This document shows, piece by piece, positions 4,815 to 5,665 of a stretch of 5,665 nucleotides of DNA. The notes under the pieces were generated by a model that was not told the origin of the DNA, did no database searches, and worked only from the letters and a program-made list of their open reading frames with translations. Within the stretch, counting starts at the first letter, position 1. Each line of letters begins with the position of its first letter. This DNA is from a virus. The DNA lies in IMG/VR virus record IMGVR_UViG_3300045988_004551, positions 1-5,665 of that record; one strand, written 5' to 3'. The position numbers and the translations under genes are program-made.

Positions 4815-4898
4815 ATGCTGTTTGAAAACATCCAAAAAATCCTGGCAATGCTGGACAAAATTTACCATGCAGTGACAGGCAACGAACCGGAGGCTTAA
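4815..4898 (+). CDS. Possible micro-ORF, 27 aa from ATG 4815 (34 aa if initiated at CTG 4794)
   Basis: The frame is open from 4788 to TAA 4896-4898, which ends 1 nt before the next gene's ATG 4900. A strong SD, AGAGGTGA (4780-4787), sits ~9 nt upstream of CTG 4794, whereas ATG 4815 has no clear SD. The product is (LTLQEIK)MLFENIQKILAMLDKIYHAVTGNEPEA. Confidence 0.3.
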   Translation: MLFENIQKILAMLDKIYHAVTGNEPEA

Positions 4899-4899
4899 C

Positions 4900-5127
4900 A
4901 TGGAGAAAAAACTGTGGAATGCAAGAGACCAGACCGACGAGAACCTTATGCGGGAACTGACAAAGACCTACAAGGCAATAGATGCCGCGTACAAAATGGT
5001 GCGACAGGCCGCAAACATCGAAGACGCAAAGTATTATATTGACATTGCGTTTAAGAAAAAAGCATTCGCCAGTAACATTGAGGTGGAAATCCTCAGAAGG
5101 GACATCAACCATGGCAAAGAGGAGTAA
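4900..5127 (+). CDS. Hypothetical protein, 75 aa, predicted mostly helical and charged (orphan)
   Basis: ATG 4900 is preceded by GGAGG (4889-4893) at 6-nt spacing. Its 3' end overlaps the next gene by 17 nt. I recognise no family. Confidence 0.65.
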   Translation: MEKKLWNARDQTDENLMRELTKTYKAIDAAYKMVRQAANIEDAKYYIDIAFKKKAFASNIEVEILRRDINHGKEE

Positions 5128-5230
5128 AGTTCGCAAATCCAAAGACGCGAAAATCTATAACAAGACCGCTCGAAAGACAAAGGCTATCAATCTGGGAAGC
5201 GGAGCGATGAGAGGAGGAATCCGGCTATGA
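5111..5230 (+). CDS. Small highly basic protein, 39 aa. Likely the DNA-binding/packaging protein (phiX174 J / chlamydiaphage ORF8 analogue).
   Basis: The product is MAKRSKVRKSKDAKIYNKTARKTKAINLGSGAMRGGIRL, with 13 of 39 residues K/R. The C-terminal MRGGIRL and internal TKAIN match my recollection of gokushovirus small basic proteins. ATG 5111 lies inside the track ORF 4982-5230. The stop overlaps the next ATG (ATGA at 5227-5230). Confidence 0.65.
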   Translation: MAKRSKVRKSKDAKIYNKTARKTKAINLGSGAMRGGIRL

Positions 5231-5325
5231 GCGCAGTATACACAGGAGTAACAGTGGCATGCCTCGCAGCAGGCCTTGTCTTCATCGTATTCGCAATCGA
5301 CATCATCAAAGAATGGTTCAAATAA
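5227..5325 (+). CDS. Unlisted 32-aa single-pass transmembrane peptide. Function unknown; candidate lysis or membrane-targeting factor.
   Basis: It is not in the ORF track because it is too short. ATG 5227 overlaps the upstream stop (ATGA). A strong SD, GAGGAGG, lies at 5211-5217 with 9-nt spacing. The product is MSAVYTGVTVACLAAGLVFIVFAIDIIKEWFK, a ~20-residue hydrophobic core with a charged/aromatic C-tail. TAA is at 5323-5325, and the next gene's SD starts right after it. Confidence 0.5.
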   Translation: MSAVYTGVTVACLAAGLVFIVFAIDIIKEWFK

Positions 5326-5335
5326 GGAGAGCAGC

Positions 5336-5572
5336 ATGAACGTATACGGAATTTTCGACAACTGCGTGATGGGCTATATCACCATCTTTACCGAACGTGA
5401 CGACAAAGTGGCCGAACGCAATTTCAAAATCGCACTGACCGATGAACGAAACATCATGAGCAAGACACCGAGTGATTATCGGCTGGTACGACTGGCAAAG
5501 TTTGACGAGAAAACGGGCCTGTTTAAGAACGAAAAGGAGAACATCTTCGATGGCGTATCGCTCAGTAAGTAA
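5336..5572 (+). CDS. Conserved gokushovirus-type small nonstructural protein (ORF5/VP5-like), 78 aa
   Basis: ATG 5336 is preceded by AAGGAGA (5324-5330); the track's earlier start at 5276 is an upstream extension. The product MNVYGIFDN..Y...F..R.D..AERNF........(N).....PSDYRLVRLAKFDEKTGLF fits the remembered pattern (Y.I.D....F..PF....D..A.R.F ... P.DY.L..LG.FD..TG) of the small ORF5/VP5 family of Microviridae. The last 6 nt (AAGTAA) lie in the terminal repeat. The 3' end overlaps the VP3 start (5550) by 23 nt. Confidence 0.7.
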   Translation: MNVYGIFDNCVMGYITIFTERDDKVAERNFKIALTDERNIMSKTPSDYRLVRLAKFDEKTGLFKNEKENIFDGVSLSK

Positions 5573-5665
5573 CTTCAGGGAAACCGCAACAGCAAAGGCC
5601 ACCGAAGCCGGAGAGACCGTGAGGCGCACATACCTCTGGGAACTCAACGAGAAAGGCGAAAAGGT
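5550..5665 (+). CDS. VP3: Internal scaffolding protein VP3, 5' portion (the same gene as 1..463; continues past the window end / around the circle)
   Basis: ATG 5550 has AAGGAGA at 5534-5540. The in-frame stop TGA at 5457-5459 bounds the frame upstream. The reading MAYRSVSNFRETATAKATEAGETVRRTYLWELNEKGEKV joins seamlessly to the ORF at the window start. Confidence 0.75.
   Translation, partial: MAYRSVSNFRETATAKATEAGETVRRTYLWELNEKGEK
5567..5665. repeat. Terminal redundancy, right copy (identical to 1-99)
   Basis: 99/99 identity with the window start. Confidence 0.95.

Noticed and set aside
4982-5110. Upstream extension of the basic-protein frame (track ORF 4982-5230, 82 aa), and the similar extension 5276-5335 of the ORF5-like frame
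   Set aside because: These extensions fully overlap better-supported genes in other frames and lack SD sequences. The internal ATGs at 5111 and 5336 have SDs and give products of the expected size and composition.

Overview
This window is one complete circular genome of a small ssDNA phage of the family Microviridae, gokushovirus-like in gene content. The unit length is 5,566 nt, and positions 1-99 recur exactly at 5567-5665. All credible genes lie on the + strand. In circular order they are: internal scaffolding protein VP3 (ATG 5550, crosses the artificial window break, ends 463); major capsid protein VP1 (460-2124); DNA pilot/minor capsid protein VP2 (2166-2972); and HUH rolling-circle replication initiator VP4 (2973-3992). 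A ~510-nt non-coding control region follows (3993-4503). After it comes a tightly packed block of small genes: a 61-aa orphan, a possible 27-34-aa peptide, a 75-aa orphan, a 39-aa very basic J/ORF8-like protein, a 32-aa transmembrane peptide absent from the ORF track, and a 78-aa ORF5/VP5-like protein. The control region is the unusual part and is very large for such a compact genome. It contains a 14-bp stem terminator-like hairpin, a ~41-nt alternating purine-pyrimidine CG/CA tract, and an almost pure AT tract. It also holds a cluster of DnaA-box sequences (one perfect TGTGGATAA) interleaved with eight same-orientation TGTTGAA iterons, a GC-rich multi-hairpin island, and a near-consensus extended -10 promoter. 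A second near-consensus promoter lies at 4686-4714. The strong Shine-Dalgarno sites and TGn-extended -10 promoters suggest a Firmicutes-type host rather than a Bacteroidetes one. That host call, and all functional readings of the control region, are inference from sequence reading only. No database search was possible.
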